Source: an uncultured delta proteobacterium (lineage in GTDB: Bacteria > Desulfobacterota > Desulfobacteria > Desulfobacterales > JAFDCJ01). Taken from it: DNA of 64,000 nt. The notes below the pieces were generated by a model. The model saw only the letters and a program-made list of their open reading frames with translations, did not search any database and was not told the DNA's origin. Location: NCBI GenBank assembly GCA_963769935.1, contig CAVYNY010000018.1:295016-359015 (forward strand), given 5' to 3'. Positions 44,501 to 53,500 of this stretch are shown here, one piece after another. A program made the position numbers and the translations under genes. Position 1 is the stretch's first letter. Each line of letters begins with the position of its first letter.

Positions 44501-47500
44501 GCCGCTCGGCACCGATGTGATTGATGTCGAAGATACGGAAAATAGAGTGATAACCCTGCAGGTGCCGGCCAAAGCCTCTGAGCGTGATGGTTTGTTGGCC
44601 GCAGCCGGCAGTATTTCCCTATCCGGCTGGTTTGCCTCGGATCTGGTTGTCAACCTGACATCCGATGATCCCACCGAAGCTCAGGTTCCGGCGAGCGTTA
44701 CGATCGTTTCCGGTCAGACGATGGCCACATTCGACTTAAAGGTCATGCATGATGCCATCGTCGACGACACTCAGACAATTACAATAACTGCTTCGGCAGA
44801 AGGATGGAATCCGAATTCGGCCTTGATTTCAATTCACGATGTTGACGGTTTGGATCTGATCCCCTCAACATCTGGAGGAGGTTATCATTCTATTGCCCTA
44901 AAAGATGACGGGACGGTCTGGGTTTGGGGAAATAACGATGACGGGCAGCTTGGAGATGGTACGACTAATAGCCGGTCTCTCCCGGTCCGGGTGGCCAAAC
45001 TCAGTGAAGTGGTTGCTGTTTCTAACGGGGTATTCCATAGCTTATCGCTAAAATCAGATGGAACGGTCTGGGCCTGGGGATGGAATGAATACGGTCAACT
45101 TGGAGATGGGACGACAGAAAGCAGATTCGTTCCGGTCCAGGTGGCCAACCTCGGTGATGCTGTTGCCCTTGCTGCCGGGGAGGTCCATTCTCTGGCGCTC
45201 AAGTCCGATGGAACGGTCTGGGCCTGGGGTGATAATTTTTTCGGGCAGTTAGGCGATGGTACGGATCAAAATCGACTTGTGGCGGTGTTGGTAACTGATT
45301 TGGTTGATGTTGTGGCTGTTGCCGGCGGTTATTATCACAGCCTGGCGCTCAAATCCGATGGAACGGTCTGGGCCTGGGGATGTAACAGTAACAGTGAGCT
45401 TGGCATTGGGACACAAGCGTTTCGGTCTCCCCCAGGACAAGTGCTCAATTTGAATGATGTCATCGCCGTTGCCGCCGGTGATGATTTCAGCCTGGCGCTC
45501 AAATCCGATGGAACGGTCTGGGCCTGGGGATATAACTATTCCGGGCAGTTAGGAGACAGTACGGTTGAGACTCGATCTACCCCGGTTCAAGTGGAAAATT
45601 TAACTGATGTGGTTGCCATTGCTGCAGGTTATTTACATTCTCTGGCGCTCAAATCCGACGGAACGGTCTGGGCCTGGGGTAATAACTACTATGGTCAGCT
45701 GGGGGATGGAACGCTAACCAGTCGATCCTCCGCAGTGCAGGTGCACAATTTAAGTCATGTAATAGGCTTAGCCGTCGGCAACGGTTACAGCCTGGCAGTA
45801 AAGTCTGACGGAAGCGTCTGGGGTTGGGGTGAGAATGAAGACGGTCAACTCGGAATGGGATATGCGTACTCCTACAAAACCACTCCGGTGCAGGTCAAAG
45901 AAGCCAGCGGCCTGGGTTATCTCGATCTGATTTCCCTGTCCCTCAATATACCGGACAGCGCCAACGAAGGAGATGGAATTAACGGCCTTCTGAGTGTCGA
46001 TATCGCTCCTACAAGTGATCTGGTGGTGGATTTGACAACAAGCGATTCTTCTGAAGTTTTCGTGCCGGATACCGTGGCTATCCCCGCCGGGCAGACATCG
46101 GTCAATTTTGATTTTGCCATAATGGATAACGATCTGCTCGACGGTGACCGTGGAGTCAAAATCACAGCTTCGGCTTCGGGATATTATCCTTCTAATAAGG
46201 ATATTCAAATAATCGATGATGAAACAGCCGTCCTGACTGTGGTGGTTCCCGCTGTAGTAGCCGAAGGAAAAGGGGTTTTAGCCAGTCAGGGTTTGATAAC
46301 GGTCGATCGGGCAGTAAATAGCGATTTTACCGTCCTCATTTCCTCAGATGATACCCATGAAGTAACCGTACCCGAATCTGTCACAATACATGCCGGTCAA
46401 GCATCGACCCTGTTCAATCTGGAAATCATTGACGATGCGATCATTGATGGCTCCAAAATAGTCACAATTAGTGCTTCCGTTGACGGCTGGGCGTCGGGAA
46501 GCGCCACCATTGAGGTGAGAGATGACGAAACCGATCCGACCATCATTGTGCCGTTTGACGCCGTGGAAGGCCAGGGGATTTTGACGGATGCCGGCATTGT
46601 GACGATTCCGAGTGCGCTGAGCGAGGACCTGCTTGTCGAGCTGATGTCGGATGATCCGACGGAAGTTGACGTTCCGGAATTTGTAACCATATCGACCGGG
46701 GAGAAATCCGTCCGGTTTGATCTGACGATCGTCGATGATGCCGAAAAAGATGGTGCTCAGACGGTTGTTATCGCAGCTTCGGCTGCCGGATGGCCGGCTG
46801 TAAGTGACACCGTCGTGGTGAGAGATAATGAAACCTCTGTATTGCAATTCAGCGCTGGCTCCTACCATGTTAATGAAAATGCCGACCGCTTTGAAATCAG
46901 CGTAAATCGCACGCTTATTTACAGCGGAGCAGCCTCGATCGATTATACTACGTCGGATGGCAATGCGATTGCCGGAGTCGATTATACGGCCTCTTCCGGT
47001 ACCCTGACTTTTGAAAATGGCGAGACAACCAAGAAAATAAGCATCTCGCTTTTGGATAACGATCAGGAAGATGGCGATAAATACCTGAATGTTACTCTCG
47101 ATAATCCGGGAGGGGACGCCTCGCTCGGCAACCTCATCGATGCAGTTATCTACATTTTTGATGATGAAAATCCGACGGGATCGGATTCGGAGCCGCCGCT
47201 GCTGGTGAGTGCCGTCCCGGCCGACGGTTCCGCCGTGCAGGGAGTCGATAAGATTGTCCTCACATTATCCGATCAGAACGGCCTGATCGACAATGCAGCC
47301 GTGATTGGATCTATCACCGTTCATAACGCTGACGGCCAAATCATCGGCGGCACGGTAAGTGAAGAAAACAACCGGTTTACGTTTTACCCCACCATGCCCT
47401 CACTGCCTGACGGCGCTTATCAGGTTTCCCTTACGGCCAGAGATATTGCCGGCAACTTCAAGGAGTACAGCGTATCTTTCATAGTTGATTCCCAGCCGCC

Positions 47501-50500
47501 GCCGGCGGTGAGTGATCTCAGGGTTGAACCCCGGGGATTTGCCACTCAGGCAATTCTTGACTGGAGTGGGTATGACGAGCCATCCATCGGGGATTTGGAC
47601 CATTATCAAATCTATGTGCAGGCTCTCGAATTTAGCGATGTATCCGAGCTCACGGAGTACGCTGTTGTGGAAAACGGCAATTTTACCTATACGGTGCAGG
47701 ATCTTGCTGAACTTAGCACCTATTATTTTGCCGTGGTGGCGGTAGATCATGCCGGCAATCTGCAGGCTGCCGTGACTCCCGTTTCAATGGCAACACCCGA
47801 GGCGGATTTCGATGAAGATGGAGTGGATAATGTTTTAGATAATTGCCCGGAGGTAGCCAATCCGAATCAAACGGATAGCGATACCGGATTTTTTTATGTT
47901 CCGCGAAGCTACTTTTCAGAACCCGGCTGCGAGCAGATGTGTTATGCGGAATATGAGACTCATAACGACATTCCTTTTCTACTGGGTCAATCGAATGTTG
48001 ACGGGAAGGTTCCAACCATCCACGGTGCTACTGGCAGGATGATCGATTTGAACCTTAATGTTGATGCCGTGTATCTGCTTCATACCGGAGGCAGAAATAC
48101 CGCAACAACCCTGAACTTGACATTTAATTATGCAGATGGAGATACCCATACCGTCAGCCTGCCGGTTCCCTATGATTGTTCTGCTTCGAGTGCTTCCGGA
48201 ACCGATTGGACCAGAACCTATGTCGGTAATTATGCCTGCAGCGGGTGCTGCAGCAGCTTGTATGTAACCACAATCAAAAATCCCAATCAAAAATTGGTTG
48301 CTTCGATAAAGGTGTGGGGCAGCGGCGGCAGCTTTGGGACCCAGGTGAACGCCGTTACGATTTTGAGGTCTGACGACGGCCATGGTGACGCCTGCGACAA
48401 CTGCACCACCGTCTATAATCCTGATCAGCTCGACGGCAACAATGACGCCATCGGGGACGCGTGCTCCGGTACGAATCCACCCGAACTGATCCAAACAGAT
48501 CCTGCGGACGGCGATTTCAGGCAAGTCGTGGAGAAAATCATCATCACCTTAAAAGATGACTACGCCATCGATGATGCCGCTGTTATTGAGAGTATAATCG
48601 TGACTGATGGCAGCGACCAGGCGGTCGCAGGAGAAGTCGTTGAGGATAATGATCGGTTCACATTTACACCTGATGTATTGCCCCTCCCGGACGGTACCTA
48701 TCGAGTTTCATTAATTGCCGCCGATTTGGTCGGCAACACCCGGGATTACAATTTTTCCTTCACTGTGGACAGCCAACCGCCAACAGCACCGACAAATACC
48801 GGTGATGGGGTATATAGCGGGGTTATTCAGGTGCTGCCGGCCAAGAACAGATCCAACAGCTCGGCCGTGACCCTGAGCGGAAAACGAGAGGAAAACTCCC
48901 GGGTCTGGATTAAAAATCAAAACGGCTGGATATTTAAGGGACGAGTGCTTCGCGTCGGGCCAGGACATGAATTTGCAACCATACAGTCTGCCGTGGATGC
49001 GGCCAATGACGGCGATCTGGTATTAATAGAGCCGGGCACCTATGTTGAGAACGTCAATTTAACCAGATGGATCAATATCAAAGGTAATTCCTCCAATCCG
49101 GATGATATTGTGATTCGAAGCCCCGGAGATTATTACTATGGATACCCGCCGACCTTCACCTGTGCCATGTCCGAGCCGAGTCCCTCCCAGCTGGCGGTGT
49201 ACATAGAAGGTATTCGCATCGAGGCTTATAATTTTCAATACAATTCCGGACTGGTACTTAACGGTCAGAAATTAATAGGCAAAGGGACGCTCATCTTTAA
49301 TCGCTGCAAATTTATGAACAAATGGTTGTCGATTCCGGTAAGCAACTTCGGCAGTGATAGTACACCGGATACAGTCGTTCAGTTTCAGAATTGCTATATT
49401 GGTCAGGGATATTCAATTTTTAACAATATGGATTCTCCGAACTGGGGCGTGAGCAAGTGTGTTTACGGCGGCGGTACGAATGTTTATGGCGGATGTGATT
49501 TTTTGCCTGATCCGAATGATTACAAATTTGGTAGTGCGAGTGGATATGGCCCCGGGTTCGGTATGTGGCATCTGCTTGTCAGCGGAGATATGGTGGCGTC
49601 TGATTCAGGGGCGACCGATTGGTCCATCGATATTGATCTTCCACAGGGCGACAATGCCCTTGAGATTTTTGCGGAGGATCGGGCCGGAAACTACAGCTCA
49701 TCGGTTAGGGTCGACATTCTGGTAGATTCCATTGCGCCGCAGATTACCTCAATAGCACCTGCCGACAACAGTCTTGTCAATACAGTTCCGGAAGTCATCA
49801 CCATCGGTTTTAAGGAAGAAACCAGCGGCTTGAATTTGGATAATTGCACGATGACTGTCAGCAGCCTGGATCAAAGTGAAGTGCCCGGCAGCTGGAGTAT
49901 TTCCGGTGACGACCAGCTCGTCTTTACCCCCTCCGATTTTTTTGAAGATTCTGCCTATACGGTGGGTGTGCAGCTGGAAGACAATCTGACCAACCGGGGT
50001 AAGGCGGTGCAGTACCATTTCACCATTGACACCGCGCCGCCGCCGGCTCCGGAAATCCCTATATTTACCACGCCTACGCATAAGGCGTCCCAGCAGATTA
50101 TCGGCACAAAAGAAGCAGGTGCGGCCATATGGTTAAACGGTCAGCAGGTGGTGGATGCCACTGCGGAAACGACCTGGACGGCAACGGTAAGCCTGGCAAA
50201 CGGGCTAAATTCTTTGAATTTTATTGCCGTGGATCTTGCCGGAAATCAAAGTAATCCGAATACGATTGAAATTTTCTTCGACGACATTCCGCCTCAACCG
50301 GTGGACACGTTAAAGATCAACCAAAACGGTGACGGACTGACAATTTATCTGGATTGGTCAGGCTACGACGAGTCATTGCATGCCGATGTGGATTACTATC
50401 GGATCTACGTTGAGTCGGTGAATTTCAGTGATCTTACAGCCCTTACCCCCAAGGCACTGTGGATGAAGGCCACTTTGCCTATACAGTCGAGAATTTGCAG

Positions 50501-50546
50501 CGCGGCACAACATATTATTTTGCGGTGGTCGCGGTTGATCGCGTAG
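38508..50546 (+). CDS. Giant adhesin-Rhs protein, segment 1: signal peptide, Calx-beta-like domains, four 7-bladed RCC1 propellers, Ig, Fn3, TSP3 and a beta-helix-like domain
   Basis: Signal peptide ending VVSA-D; repeated VTIPAGQTSA.FDL.I.DD; 28 AAG..HSLALK.DG.VWAWG.N..GQLG repeats; DNCP...NPNQ.DSD; TIQSAVDAA.DGD.VLI.PGTY.EN. The frame is lost near 50455. Confidence 0.85.
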   Translation: MGHSRVRGWMMLLVAGAIVFSGVVSADAESELSVTLPPYATEGAGQLAGAGSVTASEPPVSDVIVDLYSNDPSKVIVPAGVTIPAGQSSAAFDLTIIDDLIIDKITAVTVTASAPQWSAGKDTILVADNDSIDISHAVACGYYHTLALENDGSVWSWGADGNTPAPVPGITEIIAVAAGFKHSMALQADGNVWAWGDNHFGQLGEGTTTDSSSPVPVSGLSGVIEIAAGYFHSIALKSDGSVWAWGSNTYGQLGDGTTIHRSIPVQVSNLTDVVSIVAGHYHNLALKADGSVWVWGANFYGQLGEGTTTDSNTPVQVPGLSGVTEIAAGSGHSLAIKSDGSVWAWGSNYEGQIGEATPTTISMPVPVSPLSGMVSIAAGYCHSLALKSDGSVWTWGYNIYGQLGSGTTESSSTPLQVPSIEDVIATFGGFNRTLAVKADGTIWAWGRNDSGQLGDGTTENRFSPVQVIGFGGAGFFNLKTLAVSIPADVVESGGVLENQGLVSIDEPLADDLLVELSADDSSAVLVPATVIILAGQTFSAFDLTLVDDDLLDGTQTVTVAASAPDFSEGTDTIRVHDDETATLSVVLPEGAREGDGVLAEQGAVNVNTPVDSDVVISLISNDTSEITVPETVTIAAGQTSTLFNLTIIDDTEIDDTRTATVTASVTGWSSGSGTMNISDNEIKELSIELPESVSERAGLMSDAGSVIIPGTLTYGLTVNLSSDNLVKAAVPVTATIPAGQTRATFDLTIFDNASIDGDFSVTITASIPDWTAGSDKLQVLDNDGVIPTPAIAAGGSHSLVLKDDMTVWAWGDNYSGQLGDGTTVDSSLPVKVSILTGVISIAAGYFHSLALKADGSVWAWGENYRGQLGDGTTTNSSIPVQVYGLSDIIGVAAGEYHSLALKADGSVWAWGENYRGQLGDGTTTNSSTPVQVANLSGVASLSAGYYHSLALKADGSVWAWGYNSYGQLGEGTKINSNTPVQVSGLSDVIGVAAGYYHSLAIKSDGSVWAWGSNYQGQIGEETTTTFSTPVQVSSLSGMVSIAAGYYHSLALKSDGSVWTWGYNSYGQLGDGTEINSSTPVQVANLSGVASLSAGYYHSLALKADGSVWAWGYNSYGQLGDGSVANSLVPSPVSDSAGTKPLDIIGLAVVLPQFATEGDGILIGQGTVSVNNAPTSSLVINLVSEDPSEIIAPVTVFIPAGQTSAAFDIEMVDDALLDGSQIVRITASATGYYPAAGEMSVYDNEVASLTVELPLGAVEGVGLLDDQGTVIVDLPVDNDVVVSLTSTDTSEIMVPETVTIPTGQTSASFNLTIIDDTEIDGTQLTTITASVPGWTPGSNTIVVDDDETKNLTVLIPERVTELAGVLVNGGTVSIGGTYASDLDINLTSDDVSVVALPAAVTIPAGKTSAAFDISIIDHYEIDGDRLVTVAAAAENWIPGVASVLVIDVAGENWSAALAAGKDHTIVLNSAGTILAWGQNNYSQLGDGTQENRSTPLPVSGITAVRAIAAGGLHSLALTVDGTLWAWGYNDGGQLGDGTYQQKSVPAQVVGLSDVIAVAAGYWHSLALKVDGTLWSWGENSDGQLGDGTYQQKSVPAQVAGLSDVVAVAAGYWHSLALKSDGSIWAWGDNYYGQLGDGTQTRRPSPVKIEGVADIVSLDGGLTFSLALKADGTVWAWGFNNWGQLGDNTTENHASPVKVKNLRDVIAVAAGDSHILALKRDGSVWTWGYNYYGQLGDGTNQNSFTPVQVTGLAGVVAVAAGGSYSLALKSDGSLWAWGYNYCGQLGDGTNISTNSPVQARGAGESEFLDLTSLQIVLPENVAEDAGRLTGAGIIRLDSLSAGDLQVSLTSSDTSLVSVPNVVTIPAGQTTAAFDLEIYDDTLLTGSRGAVITATATRHAPSRDWILVSDNETAVVTVEIPPTASETSGVLSGQGTVSVSLPVDVDVSISLSSEDASEVIVPSEVTILAHQTSAVFDLEIVDDDEIDGTKQVAVTAVFDNWPLGTDVIDVEDTENRVITLQVPAKASERDGLLAAAGSISLSGWFASDLVVNLTSDDPTEAQVPASVTIVSGQTMATFDLKVMHDAIVDDTQTITITASAEGWNPNSALISIHDVDGLDLIPSTSGGGYHSIALKDDGTVWVWGNNDDGQLGDGTTNSRSLPVRVAKLSEVVAVSNGVFHSLSLKSDGTVWAWGWNEYGQLGDGTTESRFVPVQVANLGDAVALAAGEVHSLALKSDGTVWAWGDNFFGQLGDGTDQNRLVAVLVTDLVDVVAVAGGYYHSLALKSDGTVWAWGCNSNSELGIGTQAFRSPPGQVLNLNDVIAVAAGDDFSLALKSDGTVWAWGYNYSGQLGDSTVETRSTPVQVENLTDVVAIAAGYLHSLALKSDGTVWAWGNNYYGQLGDGTLTSRSSAVQVHNLSHVIGLAVGNGYSLAVKSDGSVWGWGENEDGQLGMGYAYSYKTTPVQVKEASGLGYLDLISLSLNIPDSANEGDGINGLLSVDIAPTSDLVVDLTTSDSSEVFVPDTVAIPAGQTSVNFDFAIMDNDLLDGDRGVKITASASGYYPSNKDIQIIDDETAVLTVVVPAVVAEGKGVLASQGLITVDRAVNSDFTVLISSDDTHEVTVPESVTIHAGQASTLFNLEIIDDAIIDGSKIVTISASVDGWASGSATIEVRDDETDPTIIVPFDAVEGQGILTDAGIVTIPSALSEDLLVELMSDDPTEVDVPEFVTISTGEKSVRFDLTIVDDAEKDGAQTVVIAASAAGWPAVSDTVVVRDNETSVLQFSAGSYHVNENADRFEISVNRTLIYSGAASIDYTTSDGNAIAGVDYTASSGTLTFENGETTKKISISLLDNDQEDGDKYLNVTLDNPGGDASLGNLIDAVIYIFDDENPTGSDSEPPLLVSAVPADGSAVQGVDKIVLTLSDQNGLIDNAAVIGSITVHNADGQIIGGTVSEENNRFTFYPTMPSLPDGAYQVSLTARDIAGNFKEYSVSFIVDSQPPPAVSDLRVEPRGFATQAILDWSGYDEPSIGDLDHYQIYVQALEFSDVSELTEYAVVENGNFTYTVQDLAELSTYYFAVVAVDHAGNLQAAVTPVSMATPEADFDEDGVDNVLDNCPEVANPNQTDSDTGFFYVPRSYFSEPGCEQMCYAEYETHNDIPFLLGQSNVDGKVPTIHGATGRMIDLNLNVDAVYLLHTGGRNTATTLNLTFNYADGDTHTVSLPVPYDCSASSASGTDWTRTYVGNYACSGCCSSLYVTTIKNPNQKLVASIKVWGSGGSFGTQVNAVTILRSDDGHGDACDNCTTVYNPDQLDGNNDAIGDACSGTNPPELIQTDPADGDFRQVVEKIIITLKDDYAIDDAAVIESIIVTDGSDQAVAGEVVEDNDRFTFTPDVLPLPDGTYRVSLIAADLVGNTRDYNFSFTVDSQPPTAPTNTGDGVYSGVIQVLPAKNRSNSSAVTLSGKREENSRVWIKNQNGWIFKGRVLRVGPGHEFATIQSAVDAANDGDLVLIEPGTYVENVNLTRWINIKGNSSNPDDIVIRSPGDYYYGYPPTFTCAMSEPSPSQLAVYIEGIRIEAYNFQYNSGLVLNGQKLIGKGTLIFNRCKFMNKWLSIPVSNFGSDSTPDTVVQFQNCYIGQGYSIFNNMDSPNWGVSKCVYGGGTNVYGGCDFLPDPNDYKFGSASGYGPGFGMWHLLVSGDMVASDSGATDWSIDIDLPQGDNALEIFAEDRAGNYSSSVRVDILVDSIAPQITSIAPADNSLVNTVPEVITIGFKEETSGLNLDNCTMTVSSLDQSEVPGSWSISGDDQLVFTPSDFFEDSAYTVGVQLEDNLTNRGKAVQYHFTIDTAPPPAPEIPIFTTPTHKASQQIIGTKEAGAAIWLNGQQVVDATAETTWTATVSLANGLNSLNFIAVDLAGNQSNPNTIEIFFDDIPPQPVDTLKINQNGDGLTIYLDWSGYDESLHADVDYYRIYVESVNFSDLTALTPKALWMKATLPIQSRICSAAQHIILRWSRLIA

Positions 50547-53500
50547 GCAATGCGCATACGACCGCCACCCCTGCCTCCGGAAAACCCATCGATGTGGTTC
50601 CGCCCGAGGATGTCAAAAATCTCAAAGTTGAGTCGTTTGCCGCCCGGCTGGTCTTTGCCTGGGATCATTCCGTTGATTCATACGGCGATCTCGCCACCTA
50701 TAAGGTATGCTTCGGCGATGACGATCAGGGCGAAACCCTGCCCAAAGAACAAAACTCCTATGAGAAAACCGGTCTTACGCCGGCCGCGGCCTATAAATTT
50801 AAAGTAATTACCGTTGACAACGATCAGAACCTGAGCGACGGTACTCAAGTTACCGGGGTCACCCTGCTTGCCAATCCTGTGAACCTTGCAGCCGAACCTT
50901 ACAGCGGATACGTGAGTTTGTCCTGGGAGGGCTCAACGCCGTCCCAATATGTGAAGCGCTATGCTGTCTATCTGAGCGAGAGTGATTTTGCGACGGTTGC
51001 AGGGATGACCCCGGTGATCACCACCGGTGATGTCAAAGCCCGGGTGGCCGGGTTGACGAACCACACGGCTTATTATTTTGCGGTGACCACCGTTAACATT
51101 TCAGGCGGGGAGGATAAGGCGGTTAAGGCCGTTTCTGCCACGCCGCTGCCGGATACCGAAGGACCTCAGATCTCCGATCTGAAAGTCAATGATTTGGTTC
51201 TGGCCGACGGCCAAACCCTGGCGCACCCGGCTGCTTTCAGCTGTCAGGCATCCGATCCGGCCGGGGTCAGCCGCGTGGAGTTTTTTATCGATGGAAGTTT
51301 GCTGCGCACCGACTACAGCCCGCCTTACACGGCTTTCTGGAACATTGCCGCGGTCGAAGACAGGGAATACACCCTGCGCATTGATGCCTACGACACGTTG
51401 GGCAACCACTCGACCCTGGAATACCGGTTGGTCGTGACCCTCGAGCCGCCGGCGGATGCCCCGCAGATCACGCAGCCGCAAACCGGCACTGTTACCAATC
51501 AATCTACCGTCACGGTTGCCGGCAGTGCCGATAAATATTCACATGTTATTTTTTACTTAAACGATAATGACACCGGCGGCGCGGCAACCGTCGACCCACT
51601 CGGCAAATTCAGCACTACCTTATCCCTGATTGAAGGCGCAAATCGTATCCAGGCGGCTGCCGGCAACCGGGCGGGGGTGGGACCCAAAAGCGCCGAGGTT
51701 CTCATTATGCTCGATACCACCCTGCCGGCGACCCCTTTCAATCTGACGGCCCTGGCCCAGCCGGGCGGTGTCGTCAAATTAAGCTGGCAAATGCCGCCCG
51801 ACGCCGAAGCTGCCGGCTACAACCTGTACCGGGCGGCCGAATCCTTCACCTCCGCGGCGGCAGCCGTTCGAATCAACACGCACCTGATCACCGGCCAATC
51901 ATTTTCCGATCTCACTCCCGAGGACGGCACCTGGTATTACCGGGTCAGCGCGGTAGATTCGGCCGGAAACGAGTCGGACTTGTCCGTCGAAGCCTTGGCG
52001 AAGGCGGACAGTACGGCACCGCGGGTGGTGGCCATTGATTATACGCCCCAGGGCGCCTTTGATGCGGCGACCGGGGCCATGGCACCGGGCACAGTCCAGC
52101 TGATGGTAACCGTCAGCGAGGCGCTTGCAACCGCCCCATTTTTCAGCATCAATCCGGAAGGCGGCATGCCGCTTTCGGTAGAGCTGGTCAGGGCAACGGA
52201 TCTGACGTACACCGGCTATTTTGTCATCTCCGAGGCCACGCCCAGCGGAACTGCCCGGGCTGTGTTTTCGGGCCAGGATCTGGTGGGCAACCGCGGAACG
52301 GATATCGACAGCGGCGGGGTCATTCACATCGACACCGACGGGCCGGCTGTCACCCGTCTGGTGGTTTCTCCTTCAGAGCCCATCAAAAACGACGAGCAGA
52401 ATCCGGTAACAGTAAGTGTGACCCTCGGTCTGAATGAAAAGCTAAAATCCGGCAGTGCACCGCAGCTCGGCTATCTGCTATCCGGTGCGGGACGCGAAGC
52501 CATTACCATTGAAACCCTGACCGAGACGGCACCCCAGGCCGGTGATGCCGCCACCTGGCAGGCGGAGTTTGTAATGCCGGCTAATGCCGGGCTTGCCGGG
52601 CCGGAAACCTTTCATTTGATCTACCGGGGGTCTGATGAACTGGGTAATGTCGGCGACCGCATCATGGCAGCCAACCTGTTCCAGGTTTACCAGGGTGAAT
52701 TGCCGCCTCTGGCTCCGCCTCTTGAATTTAAGGCTCAAGCGCTCGCGGGCGGTAAAATCCGGCTGACTTGGATCGGAGTTGTAGAAGCGGTCGGGTATCA
52801 ATTGTACCGGCGGGCGCCGGGCGAAGACGAACTGACGGCCTACCAACGCCTGGATGTTGTGGAAGCGTATGTGGACGAGCCGGGCGTCGAAGGCACTTAT
52901 GCCTATGCGATCGCCAGCATCCGCCGGGCAAATGAACAGGAAGCTTTGAGCGGAATGAGTGCACCGGTGGCAGTGACTTCCGATTCAACTGCACCCGGGG
53001 CCCCGCGGAATCTGGTCCTTGAGCTGGCGGCCAACGGTATCAAAGCCTCTTGGGAGCCGGGCCAGGCTGCCGAGACGGTAACTTATTCCCTCTACCGGGC
53101 TCCGTTGGATGAGATCTCCTCCGTTGCCGGGCTCACGCCGCTGACGACCGGCATTGTCGCAATCTCAGCCCTTGACCCCAATCCTTCGCCCAACGACCAC
53201 TGCTATATTGTGACGGCCGTGGACAAAGTCGGCAATGAGTCGCCCCCGTCCAATTCATTTTATCTGAATTTTGAACTGCTGCCGGTGGCCAGCCTGAAGG
53301 TCGTGCAAAAAGACAGCCAACCGCCGCAGGTTACCTGGACCCATGCCGGCGGCAGCATCATCGGCTACGACATCTACCTCGGGCAGCAGGAACCGAAAAT
53401 CAAGTTAAACCCGGAAATCGTGACGGATACAGCCTTTACCGATGTCGGCTACAGCGGTGACGAACGAACCTATACGGTCGTGGCCCTGGACGGCACGGAC

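Noticed and set aside
38916..45900. Diversity-generating retroelement acting on the RCC1 repeats
   Set aside because: No reverse transcriptase and no non-coding template repeat are present, and the differences between copies are not adenine-specific.
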